DNA from: Octopus vulgaris
Lineage: Eukaryota
DNA length: 64,000 nt
Direction of reading: 5' to 3'
NCBI GenBank assembly: GCA_951406725.2
Contig: OX597821.1
Coordinates: forward strand, 53,258,001-53,322,000
Numbering within the stretch: position 1 is the first letter of the stretch; the number at the start of each line of letters is the position of its first letter. Both the position numbers and the translations under genes were made by a program. Shown in pieces: positions 52,410 to 64,000 of the stretch. Under the pieces are notes generated by a model, which worked only from the letters and a program-made list of their open reading frames with translations, did not search any database and was not told the origin of the DNA.

Positions 52410-53050
52410 CCCTTTCGTTACTATATTTCTGACCAAAATACACCCCTTATGTGTTTCAATTAATTTATAACGTAATCATAAATTTAGTCTGGTTTCATTA
52501 AACAACAATAACTTTTTTATTTATCAATATATTAATGTGATTTTTGGAAGATAATTTAATGAAATGTCCTCAACCAATTCTATACTACAATTTTTGTCAC
52601 AAAGTGACTCTAATTGCAGGTAGATACAGTTAAATTCAACAATATATAAAATTATTAAAATTTTGTTCAAACATCGCTATAGAAAATGGGTTATTAGCTA
52701 ATATTCAATTGGGTATACAACAAAATTTTACGATAGAATTTGTAATACTGGGTAACTTTCTGATACCCATAATAATATTTATGGCAAAATAGGCCTTAAT
52801 TTCATTTAAGGTTGTGGGAAATAACAAACTATCGTTTCTTTCGTTTTGTTTACGTTTAGCGTAACGGTTCGTTTCTGCCGTAATGATTTCAAATAGGCTC
52901 ATTCGAAAAAGTAAATAGAAATAGTCTAAGGCTTTACCCTTCTGGGAAAGTCTGTGGCTTGGTGCAGTTTCTTCAGAAAAATCACCGAAAGAAACAGTTT
53001 TTAAATTTTCACTCCATTCAGGTACCAATTCGTTTTCTTTATCGTTGTCG
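52410..53050 (-). mobile_element. piggyBac fragment (one terminus plus transposase N-terminal piece)
   Basis: TTAA|CCCTTTCGTTAC terminus at 52406-52421; ORF 52705-53028 ALDYFYLLF..LFEIITAETNRYA..PTTLNEIKAYFAINIIMGIRKLP typical of piggyBac transposases. Confidence 0.85.
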
Positions 53051-53169
53051 GATTCACTGTTTTCACTTTAATTGCTGCAAACTTGCAAAGACAAAGGAGG
53101 AGAAGGGTGATAGCGTCAGTGAAACAGTTCGGTCCGTTTGTGTGTGTGTGCGTTTGCGTGTGGTGTAAA

Positions 53170-53380
53170 CCACATTAAGAAAAGCATTTGACATACACAC
53201 CAGAATGTGAGTTTTCTGTAAATTTTGCTTAATTGGAGTTTAAATTTTAAAAACTGGACCTGGCATGACCCGATGCATTCTACTCTTAAAAATGCTAGGT
53301 GAATTGTAATTGAAGAAATCCTATATTGTAGATTTCTATAACTGACAAAGGGAGGCAGATAAAATCTGCCTTTTATAATA

Positions 53381-53383
<3 letters not shown>
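53170..53383 (-). mobile_element. Helitron-like 5' terminal segment
   Basis: Minus A|TCTTATTATAAAAGGCAGATTTTATCTGCC; TC-start style matches the two complete Helitrons; abuts (TA)n. Confidence 0.5.
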
Positions 53384-53430
<47 letters not shown>

Positions 53431-53789
53431 GCATGAATTTAGCATAATAGTAAATAGAACATTTATAATTTGCGATGATGAATTCAACTTCCTACTCACT
53501 ACTTTACAGTGTAAGTAGCTGAAATTTCTATGCGATGTTTACATTTTATGTATTTCTCTAGCTGAATTAATCTGTTGCAAAGGTGACCTCTCACATTGGA
53601 TTTACAAGACGTCGGACGTGTTTCCCCACAATTTCCGTGACTTCAATTTCATTAAAAAACACTTTATCCAATCAGATTACATCTACACTTCTGGTTACGT
53701 AGCCGTCACTTTGCACTCAGAATGTCAAGAACACCGAAGGAAGTTTTTAACCTTGAAGCCATGCGTGCATCATTATGTATATATTTATA

Positions 53790-53856
<67 letters not shown>

Positions 53857-53929
53857 TTTAAATATACGCATAAACACAAATGTATGTAACTATTTTAAAA
53901 TACATTGTCACTCCGGAATATATATCAAC

Positions 53930-54056
53930 ATGTGGCTGTGTGGTAAGAAACATGCTTCCTAAAGACATGGTTCCAGGTTCAGTCTCACTGCGTGACACTT
54001 TTGGCCGGCCAAAGCCTCGTGAGTGAATTTGATAGACAGAAAGTGAAAGAAACTTT
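53930..54056 (+). mobile_element. Deleted SINE (family of 13005-13418)
   Basis: GTGGCTGTGTGGTAAGAAAC..GCTTCC..CATGGTTCCAGGTTCAGTCTCACTGCGTGACACTTT. Confidence 0.75.
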
Positions 54057-54449
54057 CGTATATATATATATATATATATATATTTATACGTATATACATA
54101 CATACATACAGTCATATATATATTTGCACACGCACATAAGTCAGAAGAAATTGGTATCAATAAGGAATTAGCAATCGGGGAATGATACTTCTTAAGCTAT
54201 CTGACAATACAAATACACTAGGCTAAAAACGGTTTCGTGATATGGATTAATCTCCAGATAATCCTGAGTTGAGTTCAATCACCAGTCGACGTTTTAAATA
54301 AACCCATGGTTGTATCACCGAGTTATTATGCTATGCTTTCACATTGTTTTATATATATATGCTGTAAGGATTACTGGGGCTCCAAGGTTATAGCCGAGAC
54401 AGCAGTTATAAAACCATTGCAGTTTTCCGATGCAGCGAATATATAATTG

Positions 54450-55745
54450 TTAAACGGGACAGTAACCATTAAGAAAAGGCAAACATCGCGTATACAATAT
54501 TATTATTGGAAGAAATTCAAAATCTTACACCTTTTTCTGGGACATCCCCGTGCATGGGATATTACGTCATCAGACACAAATAGGGAAAAAATAGGGAAAT
54601 TGAGAATGGTATATACTAATAAGATGACGACAAAGAGGATGGGAGTAAAAGAATAAAGAGATGGAAAGTAAGAAAGGAAAAGAAGCATAGAAGTTCATAT
54701 TTGAACTTTCCGAAATTATAGAAACCAGAGCTTGAGTCCTTAGGTGCAATCGTGCGTATATCCATGAGCGTAAGTACTTAGGTGCAATCCTGTGTATATT
54801 CATGTGGGTTAAAATCTTGAATAGTAGATTTCTCAAGGAAAAGGACACGAGCATTATCAAAGTTCATTAACAGAATGATAGCGGAGGTAGCTCTTAAGTG
54901 GTAAAAGTAAAGAAAATAAATAGAAAGAGAGGTAAAATGAGGTGGGGGTGGGGTTAAGGATTGGCTATAGGGTAAAATAAGGTGCATAGGTGTATGGTGT
55001 TTAAGAATTGTGAACGGGGTAGCGGAGAAGATAAGAGTTAGGATGAGGAGGTAGAGGGAGGAAGGGTTAATAAATAGAGCAAAATGAAAGGAATTTAAAG
55101 AAAGTAGATGTCTAGTAGTCTAACGTCTAAAGTTATAGGGGTGGGAAGTTTAGTAGTAACTGCTTTTGTCCGATCTGGCTAAGGTCAGTGTCTGTAGAGT
55201 TATTTTTAGCAATGGGGTTATGAGTTTGTAGGTAATCCAGACGGGCAGAGCTAGTTGAATGTGTAATTATTTATGAGTGGGTTTATATTAGGAGATTTAT
55301 TGGGTTAGGGTTTAAAAATGAATTAAGAATAAATTAAAGAACTAATATTTATCTCATAGTGTGATGATCTTAGGTAGATAGAAAAGAGGTAAAACATAAG
55401 CATTATAGAGATATAGAAGGGGTATGTGTTAAGATCATAGGGGTTTGTATGTGGGTGCTATTCGTGAAGAGTGAGCTTACGTTTAGATTTATGAAAATAT
55501 TTAAAAGTGTGGAAGAATTTGCGCTTACATGTAGTGAAGGCCTTGTATTTATTAAGCAATTATGGTGAGTTATGGGTTACAATTTTGAGGGCTTCTTTTA
55601 AGCAAAGTCGACAACTGGTTTGGGATACTTGAGTTTATTATAGGCCAGTTAAGTCGGGTATTATTAAACTGATGACGTGATTAGTAAGTACTACTTCTCA
55701 ATACAAGGAGAAGAAATCTTTCATCTGAAGTCTACTAAAGTATTC
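54450..55745 (-). mobile_element. Heavily decayed Penelope-like element with degenerate hammerhead at 54522-54577
   Basis: Minus: HTNPYDLNTYP (RT C-terminal-like), ARVLFLEKSTIQDFNP (GIY-YIG C-terminal-like), then CTGATGA...CCCA GAAAAAGGTGTA AGAT. Confidence 0.45.
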
Positions 55746-55899
55746 AATATGATAAACTTAATAAATACCCTTTTGCTCTAAACTCAGCTGTGGTATATGT
55801 GTGTATAAGTGTGTGTGTTATATAAGTATATTTGTGCGTCCATATATGTGCGAGTGTGTTTGTGCGTGCATGTGCACACAGATGGACGTAAAGCTTACT

Positions 55900-55900
55900 C

Positions 55901-55955
<55 letters not shown>

Positions 55956-56124
55956 TATACATATATATATATATACATGTATATATATATACATATATAT
56001 ATATATGTATACATATACATATATATATACACATATATATACATATATATATACATATATATACATATATGTATGTATGTATGTATATATGTATATATAT
56101 ATATATACATGTATGTGATGTATG

Positions 56125-56187
<63 letters not shown>

Positions 56188-56195
56188 TATTTATA
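55900..56195. repeat. (TA)n compound array
   Basis: Directly visible. Confidence 0.95.
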
Positions 56196-56933
56196 TACTG
56201 TATTCAAGCAATTTCAGACGCATATTAATGTAATAACGGTTGATTTTTGCTGTTGTTGTTGCTGTTCATGGTTACTGCATATGTCTCTGTGATAAATATT
56301 TAGAATCTAGTTTCCAACACTAATTATCTGAAAGATACGTTCTGCAAATGAAATGTAGATCCATTATGAATACAACAAACATTTATTTTTCCCTAGACAC
56401 CGTGTCTATTCCTGTAAACCGAACAGAAATTCAGATGTTTCATTCTAAATGCAGTAAATAATTTTATCAATAAGCAGACATCCATCCAAATTAATGAAAT
56501 AAAACTTTTAACGCGAACTATTTTAAAATGAAGCTAACACAATCTCTTTGACTTACAGTAACAAATTTTATATATCCTTACAATTTCAGGCCAGGGAAAA
56601 CTAAAGTAGCGTACTTTTAAATTCACCTGATGATTTAAATATGAAATCGATGTTTGTAATAGATAATTAGAAATAGGAAATATAATTTAGATAGCTTAGC
56701 GTAAAGTATTATACTCTTAAATATAGAAAGAAAATTTAGGTATATATTCATTTCCATGTTCAGTATCAGAACTTAAAAGTTTTGTAATTAGCTATACTAC
56801 TTGTATTTATACTACCTTAATACATCGATGTCTAATGTTGTCAGACCTTCCGACTTCCCTTCCCCTGCCCTCCTCCTCCACCTCACTGTCGTCGTCGTCG
56901 TCGTCATAGTCGTCGTCATCATCGTCATCATCG

Positions 56934-56979
<46 letters not shown>

Positions 56980-58007
56980 TCACTACCTCTTCCTCCTTAT
57001 CAAAGTTTCTTAACGAAACGGTGTTTGGCGCGTGTTATATCCCGCTGGTATTTGAATTTATGTAAATTAACCCAGTTCCTCATTTCTTCGAGGAAGGTTG
57101 CCAGCACTGAAATATTTTGAACTGAAGATATAAGGATCGCAATGCATCTTTTTATGACGATCACTTCTTTTCTGAATGACCAATATATTTAAACAGTGAT
57201 ATCACCAGAGAAGTTATGGTCTCAGTCTATTAGAATTGGTGACATTATGTGTCGAGTTGAAACCTCGGTAACTTCTTGTCACACCATACCATGGTGGCTA
57301 GTATTGCTCGAACAAGCGCATAGGCCACACATCTCTCTGAACCACGTTATAACCCCTGGTGACGTAGGGTTATTTTGTGTCTTCACACTTGTCCCCTACA
57401 CTAACCACATTCCTAATATTCTTCATTTCCTCCTAACCATTTGAGCTCCAGTCTGCGCAGGAAAAGTTACCTCAAAAATATCTCCTTATGGGTTACAGTT
57501 ATGTTGTAACTTACAAAATGAGATGCAATCTGTGCACATATAAATAAAACACTATATTTCCTCATCCTCATCCATAAGCATCAGAAGTATGCCAGTCTCT
57601 CCTCAGCTTATGGCCCAAAAAATTCTGTCTCCTTTTCCAGCCTCATTTACCACCACTGCAGTTAGGGACTAGCTGGTCTCGTGTCTCCTTTATCCCGCTT
57701 CTGTAAATTCATTTGCCGCTTCTCCGCCTATCTATTAATTTCACTCACTTCATCTAGTAGCAATTTAGTTACTACACCTAGAACTTTGGCGATTTGGAAT
57801 TCCCACAATTTGCATGTAATCTCTGCAACCGTTATTTTGTAACCGCTGAGAAGCCCAAAAGCCCATCATTCTCACCACTATGTACGGTCAATTCTTCAAG
57901 AACAAAACTTCGACAAAATTACACCCGTTTAAATTCTAATTTCAAACGCGACCAAGATTGGTTTTGTCGTTCATCTTGCGACTAGTAGGGATACTAATAG
58001 AATTACC

Positions 58008-58242
58008 TTTTTCTTTACTACCCACAAGGGGCTAAACATAGAGGGGACAAACAAGGACAGACAAACGGATTAATCGATTATATCGATCCCAGTGCGTAAA
58101 TGGTACTTATTTAATCGACCCCGAAAGGATGAAAGGCAAAGTCGACCAAGGCGGAATTTGAACTCAGAACGTAACGGCAGACGAAATACCGCTAAACATT
58201 TCGCCTGGCCATGCTAACGATTCTGCCAGCTCGCCACCTTAA
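58008..58242 (-). mobile_element. tRNA-derived SINE with perfect 13-bp TSD
   Basis: TAATAGAATTACC at 57995-58007 and 58243-58255; minus head AAGGTGGCGAGCTGGCAGAATCGTTAGCA; B-box-like GAGTTCAAATTCC. Confidence 0.9.
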
Positions 58243-58677
58243 TAATAGAATTACCAGCAACATACACTTCACTCCCGTGTTGAGGCTGACATTCAATATT
58301 TCTAGAGAAGACATATCAACACCGCACTTTCTCTTACCGGTATTTAATTTATTGATTCTATTATATTAGAACACCGTAATATTATCAGTGACATTTCATC
58401 AGAGGGTGTTTCTCTGAAGTTTCTTGTCGTTTATATTTCATTCTAGACCTCTTAATAGATTAATTATCCTGTAAATTTTAATTCTATATACAAATGTATC
58501 TGCGAACATGTTTAGGAGGCATGTATGTTTGGAAAAGTATTTAGAATCTTGTATTTGTGTATAAACGTATGAGTATGTCTGTGTTTGTCTCGAAGAGCAT
58601 ATATGCGTGCATGTGTTTTTGTTTGGTATGTGCGTGTGTGTATACATGTATATGCATGATTTTCATATTTATGTCTG

Positions 58678-61497
58678 TGGGCCATTTTCTGCGATAAAGC
58701 AGGTAGAAGAAGAATTGGACAGACTGGAGAATATGGGAATTATTCAAAAGGTAGATTATTCAAAGTGGGCAGCAACAACTGTGTGTACTGAAAAAAAAAA
58801 TAAATATCAGGGTGTGTGCAAATTTCTCTACTGGTTTGGACGACAATAAAAGAAAAATGTGAAACTATCCGCTGCCTACTCCGGAGGATATTTTTGCAAA
58901 ATTAAATGTTGGCAAAATGTTTTCGAAACTGAATCTGTCTGATGCGTGTCTACAATTTAAAGTAGACGAGAATTGCTCGAAGCATCTAACAGTGAATACG
59001 CATAGAATACTATGCAAATATAATAGATTGCCATTTGGTCTGAAGGTCGCATCGGCAATATTTCAGCATGTTATGGATGCGATGTTGGCGGACTATTAAT
59101 TTGCAATTCCATATCTCGATGATGTATTGATTAAAAGTCGAATCTCGTGATCAGCATATCGAGCATTTGCAGTGTGTTTTTTTTTTAAATAGGAGATTAC
59201 GGTTTCACACTCAGGGACGAGAAATGTGAATTATTTTTGCCCAAAATCAAGTATTTAGGACAAATTATAGATAAAAATGGAAGACGACCTGACCCGTCGA
59301 GGGTAGATGTAATTAAAAATATGCCTCCCCGAAATAACATGGAAACATTACTAGCTTTTGATAGTCTGGCAAACTATTATCAAAATTACATACCAAACAT
59401 GTATGAAGTGAGAGCTCCACTTAATAATTTTCGAGATAAAAATAACAAATGGAATTGGTCAAATAATTGTCAAAAGGCGTTTCGCGATATTAAAAGAATA
59501 TTCATTTCTGATTTGTCACTTGCTCATTTCAATTCTGCAGCGTAGATTGTAGTAGCTTCTAACGCTTCTGAATAGGGTTTAGGAGCAGTTTTGCTATACA
59601 AATATAAAGACGGTAATATGGTTCGTGTCTTAGGTGCTCTGATTGCAGCAGAAACAAACTAAAGTCCGATAGAAAAAGAAATTGTAGCGATTATTTTTGC
59701 CTTGAAAAATTTCACAGTTTTCTCCACGGTAGAGGTTTCCGGATTCAGACCGACCATCGACCATTTTTATCAATTTTCTGATCGAAGAAAGGAATTCCTG
59801 CTCATACAGCTATCAGATTACAACGCTGGGGTACAATATTATTAAAATACAACTTTAAGATAGAGTATATTCTTACTATAAAAAATGGCTATGTGGAGTG
59901 TTTATCTAGGCTAATTCCGAAGAATGCGGAAGTGTTGGAAGATACGATGATAGCCGAATTACAATCAGAAAAGGAAATTAAAATCATTATGTGTAATGTC
60001 ATTCGGAGAGTGCCAAGTGACTGTACAAGATATAATAAGTAGATCAGCAGGGGAAAAATACATAAAATGACGGAAACTCTAAAATAAACAAAACAGAAGC
60101 ACGATTGTGAACCATTTTCTACTCTGGGACGATATATTAATGTTCGTAAAACGAGTGGTAGTACCACCTGCACTACAAAAACGGATATAACATAAATTTC
60201 ATAGTGGACACCCAAGGATAGCAAGAATAAGAGCTTTGATGAGTAGTTATGTATATTGGCCAACAATGGACCGGGATATTGAAAATTTGGTAAAATCATG
60301 TAAAGGTTGTGCGTTAGCAGCCAAGGCACTACCGGCGAAATACCAATTGTGGCCTGAGACGGATAGACAGTGGTCCACGGTACGTATACACTACGTTGGG
60401 CCAGTGAATGGCGCGTACTACTTGATCATTGTTGATAACTTTACTAAATGGCCTGAAGTCTGCAGATGGATTTAACCTACCTCGAATGCAGCAATAAAGT
60501 TCCTGCACGAACTTTTTGCTCGATACAGTGTTCCGGACACCATGATATCGAACAATGGAACACAATTTACAGGATGCGAGTGCAGGACATTCTGTAAAAT
60601 GTATGCAGTCAAGCACGTGTTTACCCTGCCCTACCACCCGAGTTTAAATGGGCCAGCAGAACGATTCGTAGATACGTTCAAGCACGTGCATAAAAAGCAA
60701 GGAACGAGTTAGGAAATGGCGAAGCGTTAACTAAATTCATAAGGGTGTACAGAATAATGTCCGACCCAAATACCAGTTCAACGATCTTTGACAAATTGTT
60801 GCTAATTGAAAAAAAAAAACCTATAGAGATAATACAAAAAATTCAACTAAATATTTTGATGTCGGAGACAATGTCCCTTTCAAAGTATACAAAAACGGTA
60901 AAGAGAGTTGGTAGGATGGTGTAGTGACTAAAAGAATTGGAAACATAATGCATTTAGTAAAAAGCCAACGATGGAAGCACAGGTGACACCTAAATCACTT
61001 AAAAATCAGATGTACAGAAGAAAGGAAGAAAACTCCGATGGAAGTGTTTAACATGTTTGATGTGCCAGCACCGAAAGAGAATGAGCCTAAAAGGAGTAGT
61101 AACAGAAAACGTAAACAGACTTAACATTTAGAAATAATCCCTAAGCGGAAAAAGGTACTGAGCTCCCAAGGGAAGTAAAATTTTAAAAAGGGAGAGGTGC
61201 TGGAAAGAAAGAAGAAAAAAGAAATTTCGTTTCGTACTGAAGTCGAAATCTCAAAAGGAGAGATGTTGTGGCGAGAATCACGACATCGCCTGCGTGAATA
61301 GACTTGACCGGACGACTATAAATAGTAGCTGTCTGAGTCAGAGAAAGAAAGACAAGACGTAATGTGTCGGATTATCGTTTGCTGGTTCTTGTACAGTTCG
61401 TGGAGAGTTTTTTGTATTGTTACATTATTGTTACCCTGCTTTGCCATATGTTAATTGATACTACACGATTATAGCGTAAACAAGTATCGTCATAACA
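58678..61497 (+). mobile_element. 5'-truncated, pseudogenised Ty3/Gypsy LTR retrotransposon (RT, RNase H, integrase, PPT, 3' LTR)
   Basis: KQVEEELDRLENMGII; FSKLNLSDA..YNRLPFGLKVASAIFQ; YLDD at 59112-59123; IKYLGQIIDKNGRRPDP; HSGHP..YVYWPTMDRDIENLVKSCKGC (integrase Zn finger); GPVNGAYYLIIVDNFTKWPEV; PYHPSLNGPAERFVDTFK; many stops and frameshifts. Confidence 0.95.
61264..61497 (+). repeat. 3' LTR of the Gypsy element (~234 bp)
   Basis: PPT AAAAGGAGAGA directly before TGTTGTGGCGA; ends TCGTCATAACA (11-bp inverted termini, 2 mismatches); TATAAATA at ~61317. Confidence 0.8.
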
Positions 61498-61854
61498 ACT
61501 GGTAATTCTACAATAATTGGTGTCGAATAGCTACGTTACAATATAATGTGAATATTCACTTCTTTAATAGTCACCTTGCAAGCGTCATATTAACTCGATT
61601 ACGTCATACATCAGATACATTTTATTACCACAATATGGAATTTTGAAATACTAGATCAATTATTTTCTTTTGTACACAGTTAGAATTTCCTTGGTGAAAT
61701 TTTGCTTGTGGGTGAAGACTTAAAGTTATCGACAACAAAAAATGCCGTTATATTCATCGTTTCAAAATAATAAGATTAACATACTATGGTTGGCGTTAAT
61801 AACATTTCGGTTAATTAATACATACCACTTATCAGCAGCAATATATCTGTTGCT

Positions 61855-62236
61855 AAGGCGGCGAGCTGGCAGTAACATTAGCACGCCGGGCGAAATGCGT
61901 AGCCGTATTTCGTCTGCCGTTACGTTCTGAGTTCAAATTCCGCCGAGGTCGACTTTGCCTTTCGTCATTTCGGAGTCGATTAAACAAGTACCAGTTACGC
62001 ACTGGGGTCGATATAATCGATTAATCCGTTTGTCTGTCCTTGTTTGTCCCCTCTGTGTCTAGCCCCTTGTGGGTAGTAAAGAAATAGGTATTTCGTCTGC
62101 CGCTACGTTCAAATTCCGCAAAGGTCGACTTTGCTTTCGGGGTCGATAAATTAAGTACCACTTACGTACTGGGGTCGATCTACACGACTGACCCTCTCCC
62201 ACCAAATTTCGGACCTTGTACCTAGAGTAGTAAAGA
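61855..62236 (+). mobile_element. Composite/dimeric tRNA-derived SINE with 14-bp TSD
   Basis: Head AAGGCGGCGAGCTGGCAG..; the internal block GTATTTCGTCTGCCG..GTCGACTTTGC..GTACCA..CTGGGGTCGAT occurs twice; ATATATCTGTTGCT (61841-61854) and ATAAATCTGTTACT (62237-62250). Confidence 0.9.
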
Positions 62237-63220
62237 ATAAATCTGTTACTGACAAAACCTCTTCCTATTCTTATATAGTTTTAGCTTTTGATTATGCATA
62301 CATAGTATCACCGTAATCGAAGGTTATGAAGCATTTTTAACAAAATAGTGTTTCGTGTCACATGGTATAAATATGCAAGAAAGTTTAGAATAAAGTAACT
62401 ATTGAAATGTATAGTCATGAAGAAATTTTCTTTTTGATGGTTAAATCAGGAAGAATTCTCGGAGAAATAAATACATGTCTCATAGAATTGAGTACCTTAA
62501 ATAATGTTGTAATATTACATAGTGTTTTGATATTTGAACTTTGGCATTCCGTATTTTGTACTAATCTCAAAATTAACGCATTAATTCAGTATTTCCAAAG
62601 TAAATCAGTCATTAAATATATCTGTTTTGAGCAGTTGATGCAGTCAGGTTTCAACACGTGCTAATTATCTATGTCAATATGTACGTAAAGCATGCTAATA
62701 CATTAATTAAGCAACCATAATTAAAATCATAAGAATTTTGACAAATGAATATTAACACAGACACAGACACCATTTTAGTGATACTAAATTACACTGGCCA
62801 CAGAAGTACTTGGATTCCAGAGTAGACATTCGTTGATAATTATCAACATTCACTGCAATTAGAACTATTTAATGCTTGAATGCAAGTCATTATGAGAAAT
62901 TTCAACATATAACATTTGTCAACTTAACCATTCGATAAACATACCATCATATGTAAAGTACCTATATAAGCTTAAGTTTATATCAATGACTATTCGGTCT
63001 GCTTCATATCCTAAAAGAAATTACTGCTGAATGTATTAATTGTTATCGATGCTGGTGTTACTACCTCATTAGTAGTTTAACTTAGCTCTGATCGACTCGC
63101 CAATACCGGCTATTTTTTGTTAAGCATTGTGTACCTAATATTCTACGTGTACAGTGATGGGATTTTATCCTTGTTTTTCCTTCAGTCAAATGACTGAAAC
63201 AAGTAAAAGAGTAAAATAGT

Positions 63221-63282
<62 letters not shown>

Positions 63283-64000
63283 CTATGTGTATGCAGGTGC
63301 CTCGACAAAGAGAGAAAAGAAACAAGAAACGCATCAGAACATCAACCAGCTTTACAATAAAATGCTTCAAATTCATCTGTCTGTGTATAATAACCCGAGG
63401 AAATTAATTAATTAATTAGTAATATATACATGCTCTAAAATCACTTGTCATTTCTGACAAAGAACATAATGACATTTCGATTAAAACATATTTCATATAG
63501 AATCCTTTTATAAAACATCTCCATTTGGTTAGCTAAAATGGGGATAATTGTATTTTAAGAAATAATTATATCTTAAATTGAAGTTATCCATTACCGAAAT
63601 ATTAAGTGGCCCTTTAAAATTCTCATATCAACGGAAATTAATCATACTTTCCCGATCCCTATTTTCTCTCTTCCACACACAAATCTGTTTCATATTCCTG
63701 TCTTATATCCCACTTCTCTATTTTCTTTTGTCTTTATTTAACCCCTTTCCTCCTTCCATCGTTTCTCTCTAACACACGTCTTTCTCTTTATCTGCTACTA
63801 TTTAAGCTTTCTCCAACTCTTTCTGTCTCCTTTCTTTCGTCTTTTCTACCTCTTTGCTGTTGTGATAAATCGAAGTTTATATATAAAATTAAACAATAAA
63901 TTATGTGTTTGAATATTTTCACTTCACTACGAAATGAAATATAAGAAATGATTAGCTTACGAATCAAACACGAAGGAACTGCATTGGTATAGCAACGAAT

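Noticed and set aside
56622-56655. CTGATGA...GAAATCGATG hammerhead-like string
   Set aside because: No stem I or stem II, and G at position 17 is not cleavable
57050-57780. GC-richer island, possible LINE relic on minus
   Set aside because: No diagnostic motif recovered with confidence

Overview
AT-rich, microsatellite-saturated eukaryotic DNA. The SINE families and (TA)n/(TATG)n arrays look like Octopus (coleoid cephalopod); this is my inference from recognition, not a search. I found no confident host-gene exon, and most ORFs in the track are microsatellite artefacts. The window is a mosaic of decayed mobile DNA: a 5'-truncated Ty3/Gypsy element with PPT and 3' LTR, several Penelope-like element (PLE) fragments, CR1/L2- and R4/Dong-type LINE relics, piggyBac, mariner/Tc1 and possible hAT relics, non-autonomous Helitrons, a MITE and many tRNA-derived SINEs. 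The most notable signal is a set of minimal type-I hammerhead-ribozyme (HHR) folds in PLE-type repeats whose core 3-8 tertiary pair appears in all four Watson-Crick forms: C3-G8 (51.7 kb), U3-A8 (37.3 kb), G3-C8 (16.8 kb, duplicated in a 135-bp-arm palindrome) and A3-U8 (44.9 kb). Also notable are a strong minus-strand recursive-splice-like site at 24.19 kb, a possible Helitron capture of a piggyBac fragment, and inverted near-identical SINEs around the Gypsy relic.
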